This document shows positions 1 through 8,263 of a stretch of DNA of 15,734 nt, piece by piece; position 1 is the stretch's first letter, and every line of letters starts with the position of its first letter. A program made the position numbers and the translations under genes. This DNA comes from a virus (taxonomy: Duplodnaviria; Heunggongvirae; Uroviricota; Caudoviricetes). The DNA lies in the IMG/VR virus record IMGVR_UViG_2645727991_000015, positions 1 to 15,734 of that record. One strand, written 5' to 3'. The notes beneath the pieces were generated by a model that saw only the letters and a list, made by a program, of their open reading frames with translations, did not search any database and was not told the DNA's origin.

Positions 1-544
1 CAGCAAGTTCATCATAACCCGCCACATCCACCGACTTTTCACGGTAGTTTTTTGCCGCTTTACCGCCCAGGCACCAGAAGCCACGCCCATTAGTGAAACG
101 CTTCATGGTGAGCGTGTTATCCCGGTGCTTTTTGCCATACCACGGGGCCAGCGCCAGCAGCGACGGAATATCACGAATAGTCGGCTCAACGTGGGTTTTC
201 ATAAAGTTCTCGGCATCACCATCCGTCGGCAACCAGATAAGGGTGTTGCGCTGCTTATGCTCTATAAAGTAGGCATAAACACCCAGCAGCATTTTGGAAT
301 AACCAACACGGGCAGACTTCACCACATTCACCTCGCGGATGTAGTCGCTGCCCATCGCATTCATGATGGCCCGCTGAAAGGGCAGTGTTTCCCAGCGCCC
401 TTCCTGGTATGCGGATTCTTTCGGGAGATAGTAATTGGCATCCGCCCATTCAACGGCGGTCTGTGGCTCCGGCCTGAACAGTGAGCGAAGCCCGGCGCGG
501 ACAAAATGCCGCAGCCTGTTAACCTGACTGTTCGATATATTCAC
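1..544 (-). CDS. A: Terminase large subunit gpA, N-terminal part (partial; continues beyond window start)
   Basis: Minus-strand translation from 544 reads VNISNSQVNRLRHFVRAGLRSLFRPEPQTAVEWADANYYLPKESAYQEGRWETLP... and runs open to position 1 (…KAAKNYREKSVDVAGYDELA), matching lambda gpA as I recall it. Initiation codon is GTG at 544..542, overlapping the end of Nu1 by 26 nt as in lambda. Not in the ORF track because it runs off the window. Confidence 0.9.
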   Translation of the reverse strand, partial: MNISNSQVNRLRHFVRAGLRSLFRPEPQTAVEWADANYYLPKESAYQEGRWETLPFQRAIMNAMGSDYIREVNVVKSARVGYSKMLLGVYAYFIEHKQRNTLIWLPTDGDAENFMKTHVEPTIRDIPSLLALAPWYGKKHRDNTLTMKRFTNGRGFWCLGGKAAKNYREKSVDVAGYDELA

Positions 545-1064
545 TCAGCAACCCCGGTATCAGTTCATCCAGCGCGGCTGCTTTGTTCATGGCTTTGATG
601 ATATCCCGTTTCAGGAAATCAACATGTCGGTTTTCCAGTTCCGGAAAACGCCGCTGCACCGACAGGGGGATCCCGTCGAGAATACTGGCAATTTCACCTG
701 CGATCCGCGACAGCACGAAAGTACAGAATGCGGTTTCCACCACTTCAGCGGAGTCTCTGGCATTTTTCAGCTCCTGTGCGTCGGCCTGCGCACGCGTAAG
801 TCGATGGCGTTCGTACTCAATAGTCCCTGGCTGGAGATCTGTCTCGCTGGCCTGCCGCAGTTCTTCAACTTCCCGGCGCAGCTTTTCGTTCTCAATTTCA
901 GCATCCCTTTCGGCATACCATTTTATGACGGCGGCAGAATCATAAAGCACCTCATTACCCTTCCCACCGCCTCGCAGAACGGGCATTCCCTGCTCCTGCC
1001 AGTTCTGAATGGTACGGATACTCGCGCCGAAAATGTCAGCCAGCTGCTTTTTGTTGACTTCCAT
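519..1064 (-). CDS. nu1: Terminase small subunit Nu1
   Basis: 181-aa ORF MEVNKKQLADIFGASIRTIQNWQEQGMPVLRGGGKGNEVLYDSAAVIKWYAERD... is essentially identical to lambda Nu1 from recall; it sits directly downstream of cos and upstream of A. Confidence 0.93.
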   Translation of the reverse strand: MEVNKKQLADIFGASIRTIQNWQEQGMPVLRGGGKGNEVLYDSAAVIKWYAERDAEIENEKLRREVEELRQASETDLQPGTIEYERHRLTRAQADAQELKNARDSAEVVETAFCTFVLSRIAGEIASILDGIPLSVQRRFPELENRHVDFLKRDIIKAMNKAAALDELIPGLLSEYIEQSG

Positions 1065-1149
1065 TGTTCATTCCACGGACAAAAACAGAGAAAGGAAACG
1101 ACAGAGGCCAAAAAGCCCGTTTTCAGCACCTGTCGTTTCCTTTCTTTTC

Positions 1150-1300
1150 AGGGGGTGTTTTAAATAAAAACATTAAGTTACGACGAAGAAGAACGGAAAC
1201 GCCTTAAACCGGAAAATTTTCATAAATAGCGAAAACCCGAGAGGTCGCCGCCCCGTAACCTGTCGGATCGCCGGAAAGGACCCGCAAAATGATAATAATT
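1150..1300. other. cos: cos packaging site (cosN 12-nt cohesive-end sequence at 1242..1253, with flanking cosB and cosQ regions)
   Basis: aggtcgccgccc at 1242..1253 is the reverse complement of the lambda cohesive end GGGCGGCGACCT. The flanking sequence on both sides matches lambda left-end and right-end sequence from recall, with a few substitutions. Nu1 starts about 190 bp away, as in lambda. Confidence 0.85.
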
Positions 1301-1452
1301 ATCATCTGCATGTCACAACGTGCATCTACGCCATCAAACCACGTCAAATAATCAATTATGACGCAGGTATCATATTAATTGATCTGCATCAACTTAACGT
1401 AAAAACAACTTCAGACAATACAAATCAGCGACACTGAATACGGGACAACCTC

Positions 1453-1647
1453 ATGTCAACGAAGAACAGAACCCGCAGAACAACAACCCGCAACATCCGC
1501 TTTCCTAACCAAATGATTGAACAAATTAACATCGCTCTTGAGCAAAAAGGGTCCGGGAATTTCTCAGCCTGGGTCATTGAAGCCTGCCGTCGGAGACTAA
1601 CGTCAGAAAAGAGAGCATATACATCAATCCAAAGTGATGATGGATGA
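1453..1647 (+). CDS. ylcI: Small basic protein, YlcI-like (DUF3950-type) hypothetical
   Basis: 64-aa ORF MSTKNRTRRTTTRNIRFPNQMIEQINIALEQKGSGNFSAWVIEACRRRL...; same size and position (between bor and the Nu1 homolog) as ylcI in DLP12-type prophages. Identity is by recall only. Confidence 0.5.
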   Translation: MSTKNRTRRTTTRNIRFPNQMIEQINIALEQKGSGNFSAWVIEACRRRLTSEKRAYTSIQSDDG

Positions 1648-2009
1648 ACATCCCGGTTTCTTCCACCATCGCACCGGAAAAGCGACTATGAGGGTAACCC
1701 TGCGTCTGTCAGCACAGTAAAACCCGGTGTGCATCGTTTTTGATTATTCCCGCACACTCACGCAGAAGGAATTCCCCGTCGGGCTACGGTCATGGTTAAT
1801 GCGGGAATACGGCGACGATACAGCGCAGCTAAAAGGGTAATAGACGGATAGACCGGTTTATTTCATTCCACAGGATTCTGAGTGTCCCCAACTTCCTCCA
1901 ATAGTCTGAGCGTACACCTATATAGTTTTAATTTTCATCAATCCATTTAACTATCGTTTAATTGTTGTCACATAGGATTCTGCCGTTTTTAACAATGCAG
2001 GATAATAAG

Positions 2010-2303
2010 ATGAAAAAAATGTTGTTTTCTGCCGCTCTGGCAATGCTTATTACAGGATGTGCTCAACAGACGTTTACTGTTGGAAACAAACCGACAGCAG
2101 TAACACCAAAGGAAACCATCACCCATCACTTCTTCGTTTCGGGAATTGGACAGGAGAAAACTGTTGATGCAGCCAAAATTTGTGGCGGCGCAGAAAATGT
2201 TGTTAAAACAGAAACCCAGCAAACATTCGTAAATGGATTGCTCGGTTTTATTACTTTAGGCATTTATACTCCGCTGGAAGCGCGTGTGTATTGCTCACAA
2301 TAA
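2010..2303 (+). CDS. bor: Bor lipoprotein (serum-resistance protein, Iss family)
   Basis: MKKMLFSAALAMLITGCAQQTFTV... carries a lipoprotein signal with lipobox LITGC and is near-identical to lambda Bor by recall. Start set at the ATG at 2010, preceded by a GGA-containing RBS; the track ORF starts further upstream at 1962. Opposite strand to the lysis genes, as in lambda. Confidence 0.88.
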   Translation: MKKMLFSAALAMLITGCAQQTFTVGNKPTAVTPKETITHHFFVSGIGQEKTVDAAKICGGAENVVKTETQQTFVNGLLGFITLGIYTPLEARVYCSQ

Positions 2304-2334
2304 TTGCATGAGTTGCCCATCGATATGGGCAGCT

Positions 2335-2796
2335 CTATCTGCACTGCTCATTAATATACTTCTGGGTTCCTTCCAGTTGTTTTTGCATAGTGATCAGCCT
2401 CTCTCTGAGGGTGAAATAATCCTGTTCAGCGGTGTCTGCCAGTCGGGGGGAGGCTGCATTATCCACGCCGGAGGCGGTGGTGGCTTCACGCACTGACTGA
2501 CAGACTGCTTTGATGTGCAACCGACGACGACCAGCGGCAACATCATCACGCAGAGCATCATTTTCAGCTTTCGCATCAGCTAACTCCTTCGTGTATTTTG
2601 CATCGAGCGCAGCAACATCACGCTGACGCATCTGCATGTCAGTAATTGCCGCGTTCGCCAGCTTCAGTTCTTTGGCATTTTTGTCGCGCTGGGCTTTATA
2701 GGTAATGGCGTTATCACGGTAATGATTAACAGCCCATGACAGGCAGACGATGATGCAGATAACCAGAGCGGAGATAATCGCGGTTACTCTGCTCAT
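2335..2796 (-). CDS. Rz: Spanin inner-membrane subunit Rz (i-spanin)
   Basis: [41 protein letters not shown]... matches lambda Rz (153 aa) by recall. Start ATG at 2796 overlaps the endolysin stop in an ATGA arrangement; the track ORF extends 4 codons further upstream. Confidence 0.9.
   Translation of the reverse strand: MSRVTAIISALVICIIVCLSWAVNHYRDNAITYKAQRDKNAKELKLANAAITDMQMRQRDVAALDAKYTKELADAKAENDALRDDVAAGRRRLHIKAVCQSVREATTASGVDNAASPRLADTAEQDYFTLRERLITMQKQLEGTQKYINEQCR
2394..2576 (-). CDS. Rz1: Spanin outer-membrane lipoprotein subunit Rz1 (o-spanin), embedded in the +1 frame of Rz
   Basis: 60-aa [54 protein letters not shown]... has a lipobox (VVGC) and a proline-rich region, lies entirely inside Rz in another frame, and matches lambda Rz1 by recall. 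Confidence 0.88.
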   Translation of the reverse strand: MRKLKMMLCVMMLPLVVVGCTSKQSVSQCVKPPPPPAWIMQPPPDWQTPLNRIISPSERG

Positions 2797-3290
2797 TGTT
2801 TCCCCCACAAACAGACTTCACGCTCAATCTCACGGCGAGTCATCAGTCCTTTCCATTGATTACCGCCAGCGTATGTCCAGCGCCGTAGCTGATCACATGC
2901 GCCTTTGATATCACCCTGGTTTATTTTGCGAAGAAGCGTCGATGTTCTGAAATTGCCAGCACCCACGTTGTAGACGAACGAGTAAAGAGCGCCGCGCGTT
3001 GTTTCCGGTATATCGACTTTGATGTACGGGTTAATTTGTCTGGCGACCGTGGCAAGGTCTTTATTCAGGAGGGCTTTGCATTCTGCTTTGGTATACGTTT
3101 TACCGAGCATGATGTCTTTTCCTGTATGCCCGTGACATACAGTCCATACACCAACAATATCTTTGTATGGTATGTAGCTGACACCTTCCAGACCATCGTT
3201 ACCACTTGGGCCAGTAATTAACACTGATGCTATAGCAATTGCTCCGCCACCAATAGCAGCAGCAACGGCTTTTCGTAATGATGGAGGCAT
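2793..3290 (-). CDS. R: SAR endolysin (T4-lysozyme-like muramidase, phage 21 R type)
   Basis: 165 aa with an N-terminal weakly hydrophobic Gly/Ala-rich signal-anchor-release segment ([20 protein letters not shown]) followed by a lysozyme-like region ([17 protein letters not shown]). Resembles the phage 21 / DLP12 RrrD endolysin by recall, not the lambda transglycosylase R. Confidence 0.85.
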   Translation of the reverse strand: MPPSLRKAVAAAIGGGAIAIASVLITGPSGNDGLEGVSYIPYKDIVGVWTVCHGHTGKDIMLGKTYTKAECKALLNKDLATVARQINPYIKVDIPETTRGALYSFVYNVGAGNFRTSTLLRKINQGDIKGACDQLRRWTYAGGNQWKGLMTRREIEREVCLWGKQ

Positions 3291-3505
3291 TATTCACCTC
3301 TCGCAGCCTTGCGCTTATCTTCTTTAATCTTGAAATAAAGGTTTGTCAGGTACGTCAGCAGGCCAAATACCAGGCTACCCAGCACTCCAATTGCCGCCCA
3401 CTGTGAGGGCGTGACTTTATCTAGCAGCTGTAAAAACCAGTACCCGGCACTACCTGCTGAGGTGCCATAGGCGACACCCGTTGTTAACTTATCCATGGAT
3501 TTCAT
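3290..3505 (-). CDS. S: Class II holin (pinholin, phage 21 S type) with dual-start motif
   Basis: 71 aa [71 protein letters not shown]: two predicted transmembrane segments, charged C-terminus, and Met1/Met4 dual starts (MKSM) typical of holin/antiholin pairs. Matches S21 by recall. One-nucleotide overlap with the endolysin start. Confidence 0.88.
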
Positions 3506-4078
3506 AACCCCACCTCGCAGACAAAGCGGGTGTAAATTGAGGGAATACTACGAAACGTAACAGACTCGGAGTCAGTGAATAACTCAGGTATTGGGTTATC
3601 AGCTAATATCGAGACTCAAAAAATGGAAAAACCCACTCGACGGCGGGTTTAAGCTATGTGACGAAGTAACCACTCTTAACAGCATAACCAATTTTTTACG
3701 TACGTAAACCACTAAATGATATTTGCGAGAATGCTACCGAGTATTGAAAACACCACCACAAATACATAAGCAAATCTCAACAAATAACCAACAAATAATT
3801 CCCAGTGTTATTTTTAGCCGATTTAAATTGAACCTTCAAATCATAGAGCACTTATAAATAACAACCGTTAATATAAATTGGCTAATAGATTTATTTTTAT
3901 TCAGCCAAGAGCCATGAATAGGATTCGATAGAAAAAAGTTCAGATAAAAATAGAGATCTACTTCACAAATCAAACGAGAAACCAAAACTTACATCTTGAA
4001 ATAATCATATTGATTAGATGAATATTTATCGCGCAGTGACATCATTTTTTAATAATAGTTCAAAAAAAAGGGCTCACG

Positions 4079-5176
4079 ATGAAAAAATTAACAGTGGCAA
4101 TTTCTGCTGTAGCTGCATCAGTACTGATGGCGATGTCTGCTCAGGCAGCTGAAATTTATAATAAAGACAGTAACAAGCTGGATCTGTACGGGAAAGTTAA
4201 TGCTAAGCACTACTTCTCCTCTAATGATGCAGATGATGGTGATACTACTTATGCCCGTCTTGGCTTCAAAGGTGAAACCCAAATCAACGATCAACTGACT
4301 GGTTTCGGTCAGTGGGAATATGAATTCAAAGGCAACCGCGCTGAATCTCAAGGTTCCTCCAAAGATAAAACCCGTCTTGCCTTCGCTGGCCTGAAATTCG
4401 GTGACTACGGCTCCATCGATTACGGCCGTAACTACGGTGTAGCATACGACATCGGTGCGTGGACTGACGTTCTGCCAGAATTCGGTGGCGATACCTGGAC
4501 CCAAACAGATGTGTTCATGACTGGTCGCACCACTGGTGTAGCAACCTATCGTAACAACGACTTCTTTGGTCTGGTTGATGGTCTGAACTTTGCTGCTCAG
4601 TACCAAGGCAAAAACGATCGTAGCGATTTCGATAACTACACCGAAGGTAACGGTGATGGCTTCGGTTTCTCTGCTACCTATGAATACGAAGGATTCGGTA
4701 TCGGTGCAACTTATGCGAAATCTGATCGTACCGACACTCAAGTTAATGCAGGGAAAGTTCTTCCTGAAGTATTTGCTTCCGGTAAAAATGCAGAAGTTTG
4801 GGCCGCAGGTCTGAAATATGACGCTAACAACATTTACCTGGCCACTACCTATTCTGAAACCCAGAATATGACTGTATTTGCTGATCACTTCGTTGCTAAT
4901 AAAGCTCAAAACTTCGAAGCTGTTGCACAATATCAGTTCGATTTCGGTCTGCGTCCATCCGTTGCTTACCTGCAATCTAAAGGTAAGGATCTTGGAGTAT
5001 GGGGCGATCAGGACTTAGTCAAATATGTTGATGTAGGTGCAACCTATTACTTCAACAAAAATATGTCTACTTTCGTTGATTACAAAATCAACCTGCTTGA
5101 CAAAAATGACTTCACTAAAGCACTCGGTGTAAGCACTGATGACATCGTTGCTGTAGGTCTGGTTTACCAGTTCTAA
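4079..5176 (+). CDS. nmpC: Outer-membrane general porin, OmpC/NmpC (Lc) family, prophage-encoded moron
   Basis: 365 aa with a signal peptide ([25 protein letters not shown]), Gly/Tyr/Asp-rich beta-strand repeats and the C-terminal ...VGLVYQF ending in Phe, typical of enterobacterial 16-strand porins. Its position between Q and the holin on the opposite strand matches nmpC in DLP12-type prophages. Strong RBS (aaaagggctcacgATG). Confidence 0.88.
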   Translation: MKKLTVAISAVAASVLMAMSAQAAEIYNKDSNKLDLYGKVNAKHYFSSNDADDGDTTYARLGFKGETQINDQLTGFGQWEYEFKGNRAESQGSSKDKTRLAFAGLKFGDYGSIDYGRNYGVAYDIGAWTDVLPEFGGDTWTQTDVFMTGRTTGVATYRNNDFFGLVDGLNFAAQYQGKNDRSDFDNYTEGNGDGFGFSATYEYEGFGIGATYAKSDRTDTQVNAGKVLPEVFASGKNAEVWAAGLKYDANNIYLATTYSETQNMTVFADHFVANKAQNFEAVAQYQFDFGLRPSVAYLQSKGKDLGVWGDQDLVKYVDVGATYYFNKNMSTFVDYKINLLDKNDFTKALGVSTDDIVAVGLVYQF

Positions 5177-5185
5177 TCTGATTAC

Positions 5186-5226
5186 GAAAAAGATATGTTG
5201 CGGGAGGCTTTGCCTCCCCAACATAT
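5186..5226 (-). terminator. Intrinsic terminator-like hairpin on the minus strand, candidate tR' of the late operon
   Basis: Near-perfect inverted repeat atatgttgcgggaggc/ttt/gcctccccaacatat at 5193..5226. On the minus strand the stem is followed by CTTTTT. Lies about 140-180 nt downstream of the Q stop, where a lambdoid tR' would be. Confidence 0.45.
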
Positions 5227-5365
5227 AAGTGGCTCCCTCAAGCCACTTCCTTTAGGAGCACAACCTTGCTTCTAACTATATAAACCTTCTGTTATATATT
5301 ACCCTTTATTTTTGGGGGCGTTGCAACGCCCCATTTTTAATAATTTTTAGTAAACAACTGGCATA
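5227..5365 (-). promoter_or_regulatory. Approximate location of late promoter pR' and Q-utilisation region (inferred from position only)
   Basis: Intergenic segment immediately downstream of Q on the minus strand and upstream of the tR'-like hairpin. Only weak sigma70-like hexamers are visible (e.g. TTGCAA ... GGTAAT on the minus strand); exact promoter not resolved. Confidence 0.3.
5314..5338 (+). terminator. Rho-independent terminator on the plus strand (likely porin gene terminator)
   Basis: Perfect palindrome ggggcgttgcaacgcccc at 5315..5332 followed by ATTTTT on the plus strand; about 140 nt downstream of the porin stop codon. Confidence 0.6.
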
Positions 5366-5749
5366 TTAATTAGAGTTATTAACAACGATATCCATCTCTA
5401 ACCGGATATCTAATGCCATTAACATCCCTTCAATTATGCCCTCAGCCTTCTGTAACCTTTTCCCGATATAACCATCAGAGCAGCAATGCTTACCTGCCAG
5501 TGACATGAATGTCATACCGACTACATAATAATCTACTAATAAATCGTGCAAATCGCTGTTGTTCTTTTTCAGACGGGCCATGCACCCGCAAATAATCATC
5601 GCGTCATCGTCACAACATTGCGGGCGAGATTTTACTTTTGAAGTAATTAATCCCTTAAAACCGGCGGCAATGGACGACCAGGTCACATCTTCATGATTAT
5701 TAGCCGCCCACGCTCCCCAACGCTCAAGAACCATCTGAATATCACGCAT
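5366..5749 (-). CDS. Q: Late-gene antiterminator Q (QuuD / phage 82-type Q family)
   Basis: [35 protein letters not shown]...[16 protein letters not shown]... (127 aa from the ATG at 5749, with a GGAG RBS 8 nt upstream; the track ORF starts at an upstream TTG). Matches DLP12 QuuD by recall; cysteine-rich putative zinc-binding region; located upstream of the lysis cassette. Confidence 0.8.
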   Translation of the reverse strand: MRDIQMVLERWGAWAANNHEDVTWSSIAAGFKGLITSKVKSRPQCCDDDAMIICGCMARLKKNNSDLHDLLVDYYVVGMTFMSLAGKHCCSDGYIGKRLQKAEGIIEGMLMALDIRLEMDIVVNNSN

Positions 5750-5834
5750 CAACTTACTCCACAAAAATCAGGCCAGAACGCCAATTACAAGCAAAAATCA
5801 ACAAAACAGTATTAGTTGATTGTTATCTCTGACT

Positions 5835-5975
5835 TCATACTCCTGCTCCTGTCAGGGTTTTGGCGTAATTCTTCAGTATTCGGTAATCGGTCAAAACAGA
5901 ACCGGGGGAACGATATAAGCGCAGACGCCCCCAGCGGTGGCGAAGAAGTTCTGCCATATTAAACTCAAACATCAT
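5835..5975 (-). CDS. ylcG: Small nin-region protein YlcG-like
   Basis: 46-codon [49 protein letters not shown] found by manual translation (below the track size cutoff). Its start overlaps the rusA stop in an ATGA arrangement; same size and position as ylcG in DLP12. Confidence 0.6.
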   Translation of the reverse strand: MMFEFNMAELLRHRWGRLRLYRSPGSVLTDYRILKNYAKTLTGAGV

Positions 5976-6334
5976 TCATTCCCCATTTCGGTGATGGTCA
6001 GTTCCAGCCTCCCACCTTTGGTAACAGGCATCTTCACAACGCGGTAATCAACGACCTGAGCATCATCCAGCCAGAAACCTGCTTTAGTGAGTGCGTCAAA
6101 AGCGGCTTTTTGCAGATTATCCAGGTCACGGCGACGGAGATCCGGCATGTGGCACTCAATGCGGATTTTCACAGGCATAGCCAGGCCGATATCCAGCATT
6201 GCGTTTTTAATGATTCGGGCGACGTTATCGCGGTATGCCTGCACCTCTGCGCTGACGTGCGTGCGCCCGCGATTATGGCGGTAATAGCGATTATTGCTCG
6301 GAGGCCAGGGTAATGTGATGCTGTAGGTATTCAC
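5972..6334 (-). CDS. rusA: Holliday junction resolvase RusA
   Basis: 120 aa [93 protein letters not shown]... matches RusA by recall. Confidence 0.92.
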   Translation of the reverse strand: MNTYSITLPWPPSNNRYYRHNRGRTHVSAEVQAYRDNVARIIKNAMLDIGLAMPVKIRIECHMPDLRRRDLDNLQKAAFDALTKAGFWLDDAQVVDYRVVKMPVTKGGRLELTITEMGNE

Positions 6335-6621
6335 GCCTTAATAACCCCCTCTTTCAGCCAGATAACCTGTGTTCTCGCCATACCTTCCAGCGCGCATTCT
6401 TTTGCATATGCAGCATCGACAAAATGTGTGCGGCGGTCGATTTCGTCGTGGCAGGCAGAACATGCAATGGTGGCAATCAGGTCTGGCGGTTTGGTACCGG
6501 TGCCGCACAATCCAGTCAGCCGGATATGTGCCAGTACAGACGTTTCAGGGTTGCCATTACATACGCCAGGGATTCTTACCTGGCATTCCCGACCACGCGC
6601 TGCTTTTCTCAAATCAGCCAT
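6331..6621 (-). CDS. ybcO: YbcO-like nin-region protein (putative nuclease, cysteine-rich)
   Basis: [64 protein letters not shown]... (96 aa from the ATG at 6621, which overlaps the ninE stop; the track ORF extends upstream in frame). Matches DLP12 YbcO by recall. Confidence 0.85.
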   Translation of the reverse strand: MADLRKAARGRECQVRIPGVCNGNPETSVLAHIRLTGLCGTGTKPPDLIATIACSACHDEIDRRTHFVDAAYAKECALEGMARTQVIWLKEGVIKA

Positions 6622-6784
6622 GACTCCTCCTTGCTGCCAGTCGCAACCATTTTTTATCAACCAGGCTGGCGGTATACCCGAGCAGTGTTGGTATTTCGGA
6701 TGGCTTCAGCTCAGGTTTACGCTTACGACGATTTGGTACTCTGTAGATGTGTCCGTTCATGACACGAATAAGCGGTGTAGCCAT
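6614..6784 (-). CDS. ninE: NinE protein
   Basis: Manual translation gives 56 aa [56 protein letters not shown], matching lambda/DLP12 NinE by recall. Start overlaps the ybcN stop (TAATG) and the stop overlaps the ybcO start. Confidence 0.85.
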   Translation of the reverse strand: MATPLIRVMNGHIYRVPNRRKRKPELKPSEIPTLLGYTASLVDKKWLRLAARRSHG

Positions 6785-7239
6785 TACGCCTCCTGCTTGT
6801 CGCGCAGCAGCTGGAACTCGCAGCTCTGCGGAATAGTCAGGTGGCAGCCAATATTCATCGCCCAGGCTTCAACCTTACACAGGAAGACATACATCTCTCC
6901 GGTATCGAGATCGGAGGTATGACGTAATGACTGAATGGTGGTGATTTCACCGGTTACGACATCAACCAGTTCTTTGGTTTCATAACCGAGATAAGTGTGT
7001 TTGAGAGCATCTTTTACCCAAGCTGGAGTGGCGAACGTTTTACCCCTGCTGATGAGGTATTCACTGATTTCGCTGTACCACATGTGGCTGAGTGCATTCT
7101 GGGAAAGACTGCGTCTCTCTCGCCACGGTTTAAGCACCATGCGAAAGCATTTGCCTTCCTCCAGATAAGGCTGGATCTGCTGGCCGATAGCGGTGAAGTT
7201 GCCGCGATGTAATTTGATGCCGTCTTGTGAGAGGTTCAC
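6784..7239 (-). CDS. ybcN: YbcN-like nin-region protein
   Basis: 151 aa (M)[57 protein letters not shown]...; GTG start at 7239 with GGAGG RBS upstream. Matches DLP12 YbcN by recall. Confidence 0.85.
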
Positions 7240-7423
7240 GCTTCACCTCCGCAGAGGTCAAACGCTAGATGCAAAGAATTGCAGGTGCATTTCTGCATCT
7301 GTGAAGGGAGAAGAGAGTTTGGATTGTATGTGCGCATAAACGTCCCCGTTTAGCGCAGAAGTCACCGGAGTTGTTCAGGCTCCGATGACATGATTATGGC
7401 GGGTTGATAACGAAAAATCAAAA

Positions 7424-7525
7424 CTACTTTTTGGTGTTCTGTTCGGCCATTTCGATGTAGCGCGGATCAGATGCGCTGGCTATTCTCTGGCGACCCGTTC
7501 CGCTATCATCGGCATGTTCAAACAT
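7424..7525 (-). CDS. Possible small ORF (33 aa), YlcH-like by position and length
   Basis: Manual translation MFEHADDSGTGRQRIASASDPRYIEMAEQNTKK, preceded by an in-frame TAA. No convincing Shine-Dalgarno sequence. The only support is that DLP12 has a 33-aa ylcH gene just upstream of ybcN. Confidence 0.3.
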   Translation of the reverse strand: MFEHADDSGTGRQRIASASDPRYIEMAEQNTKK

Positions 7526-7575
7526 TTTGTAAGCGTCACCGGAGGTGGTGAGATCAACGTTACATTACTATATTT

Positions 7576-7611
7576 ATAATAAGCCTCAATTCAAACATTG
7601 AGGCTTATTAT
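7576..7611. repeat. Perfect 15-bp inverted repeat / stem-loop (ataataagcctcaat-tcaaac-attgaggcttattat) at the boundary of the AT-rich insert
   Basis: Read directly from the sequence: arms 7576..7590 and 7597..7611 are exact reverse complements, 10 nt downstream of the RloB-like stop codon. No U-tract follows on either strand, so it is not a canonical intrinsic terminator. Confidence 0.7.
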
Positions 7612-7621
7612 AATGAAAAAA

Positions 7622-8257
7622 TTACGGCACAAATGAATCTATAGCATCAAGCAACTCATTCACATTCGTATAACACCCAAGAAGAAATGGTCTATTAGAA
7701 TGAGGAGGAGCTGCATTTAAACTTTGTTTATTTAGTGCCTTCGCTCTTTGTCTGGCATTAGGAATACCAAGTCTAATTTTCTTATACAACGTAGCATCGG
7801 CTTTATTATAATCCTTTATACCCACTGATAGTAAATCTTTTTTCAAAGTAGAGTTTTTCTTTAGATCATCAAAACTTGAGTAAGGTGTATTCTTAAATGC
7901 AAAGTGTTGTAAAATCCACAATTCAAAACAAACATTTGACAACGCAATATTAATATTGTTTGCATGGGCTAAATCCCATGCTTCATGGTGTAATGTGTGT
8001 GGGTATTTTGTGACAGCCTCTCTATCATATACAACCCAAAATTCATCATCATCCGATGTATCACCACTTTCCTTGTGTTTAATTGCAGCCTTTACTAAGG
8101 CTATTGGTGTGTTATATTTTATATCAGGGATATGTATAACTTTTGCTTTCTCACTAGCAAATTCATCGATATAACCCTGCAAGTACATAGGTTCTGTTTT
8201 AGACCCTTCGCAAAAAATATGCATTCGTTTCTCTAATTTTCTCACGTTTTTTGCCAT
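7622..8257 (-). CDS. RloB-like protein (AbiLii-like; putative effector/partner of the upstream ATPase)
   Basis: 211 aa with N-terminal motif ...HIFCEGSKTEPMYLQGYI..., which I recognise as the conserved CEGxxTEPxY signature of the RloB family (recall, not searched). Strong RBS AAGGTGA; separated by 6 nt from the upstream ATPase gene; AT-rich codon usage unlike the flanking phage genes. Confidence 0.65.
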   Translation of the reverse strand: MAKNVRKLEKRMHIFCEGSKTEPMYLQGYIDEFASEKAKVIHIPDIKYNTPIALVKAAIKHKESGDTSDDDEFWVVYDREAVTKYPHTLHHEAWDLAHANNINIALSNVCFELWILQHFAFKNTPYSSFDDLKKNSTLKKDLLSVGIKDYNKADATLYKKIRLGIPNARQRAKALNKQSLNAAPPHSNRPFLLGCYTNVNELLDAIDSFVP

Positions 8258-8263
8258 GATCTA

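Noticed and set aside
125-1163. Track ORFs 125..484 (+), 255..449 (-), 583..945 (+), 624..1163 (+) and 923..1129 (-)
   Set aside because: They overlap the terminase A and Nu1 coding regions on the opposite strand or in another frame; A and Nu1 match lambda closely, so these are shadow ORFs.
1650-2009. Possible missing genes (ybcV/ybcW-like) between the YlcI-like gene and bor
   Set aside because: Only very short reading frames are present (for example a 10-codon ATG frame); the region is better explained as the intergenic and promoter region of bor.
4118-4975. 285-aa minus-strand ORF antisense to the porin gene (also 4590..4814 and 5015..5224)
   Set aside because: Lies entirely within the porin gene, which has clear signal-peptide and porin features; its Thr/Val/Ile-rich translation is typical of the reverse frame of a highly expressed gene.
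6087-6922. Plus-strand ORFs 6087..6284, 6110..6313, 6369..6623, 6424..6762 and 6428..6922 across rusA, ybcO, ninE and ybcN
   Set aside because: All are antisense to a tightly overlapping, recognisable minus-strand operon; shadow ORFs.
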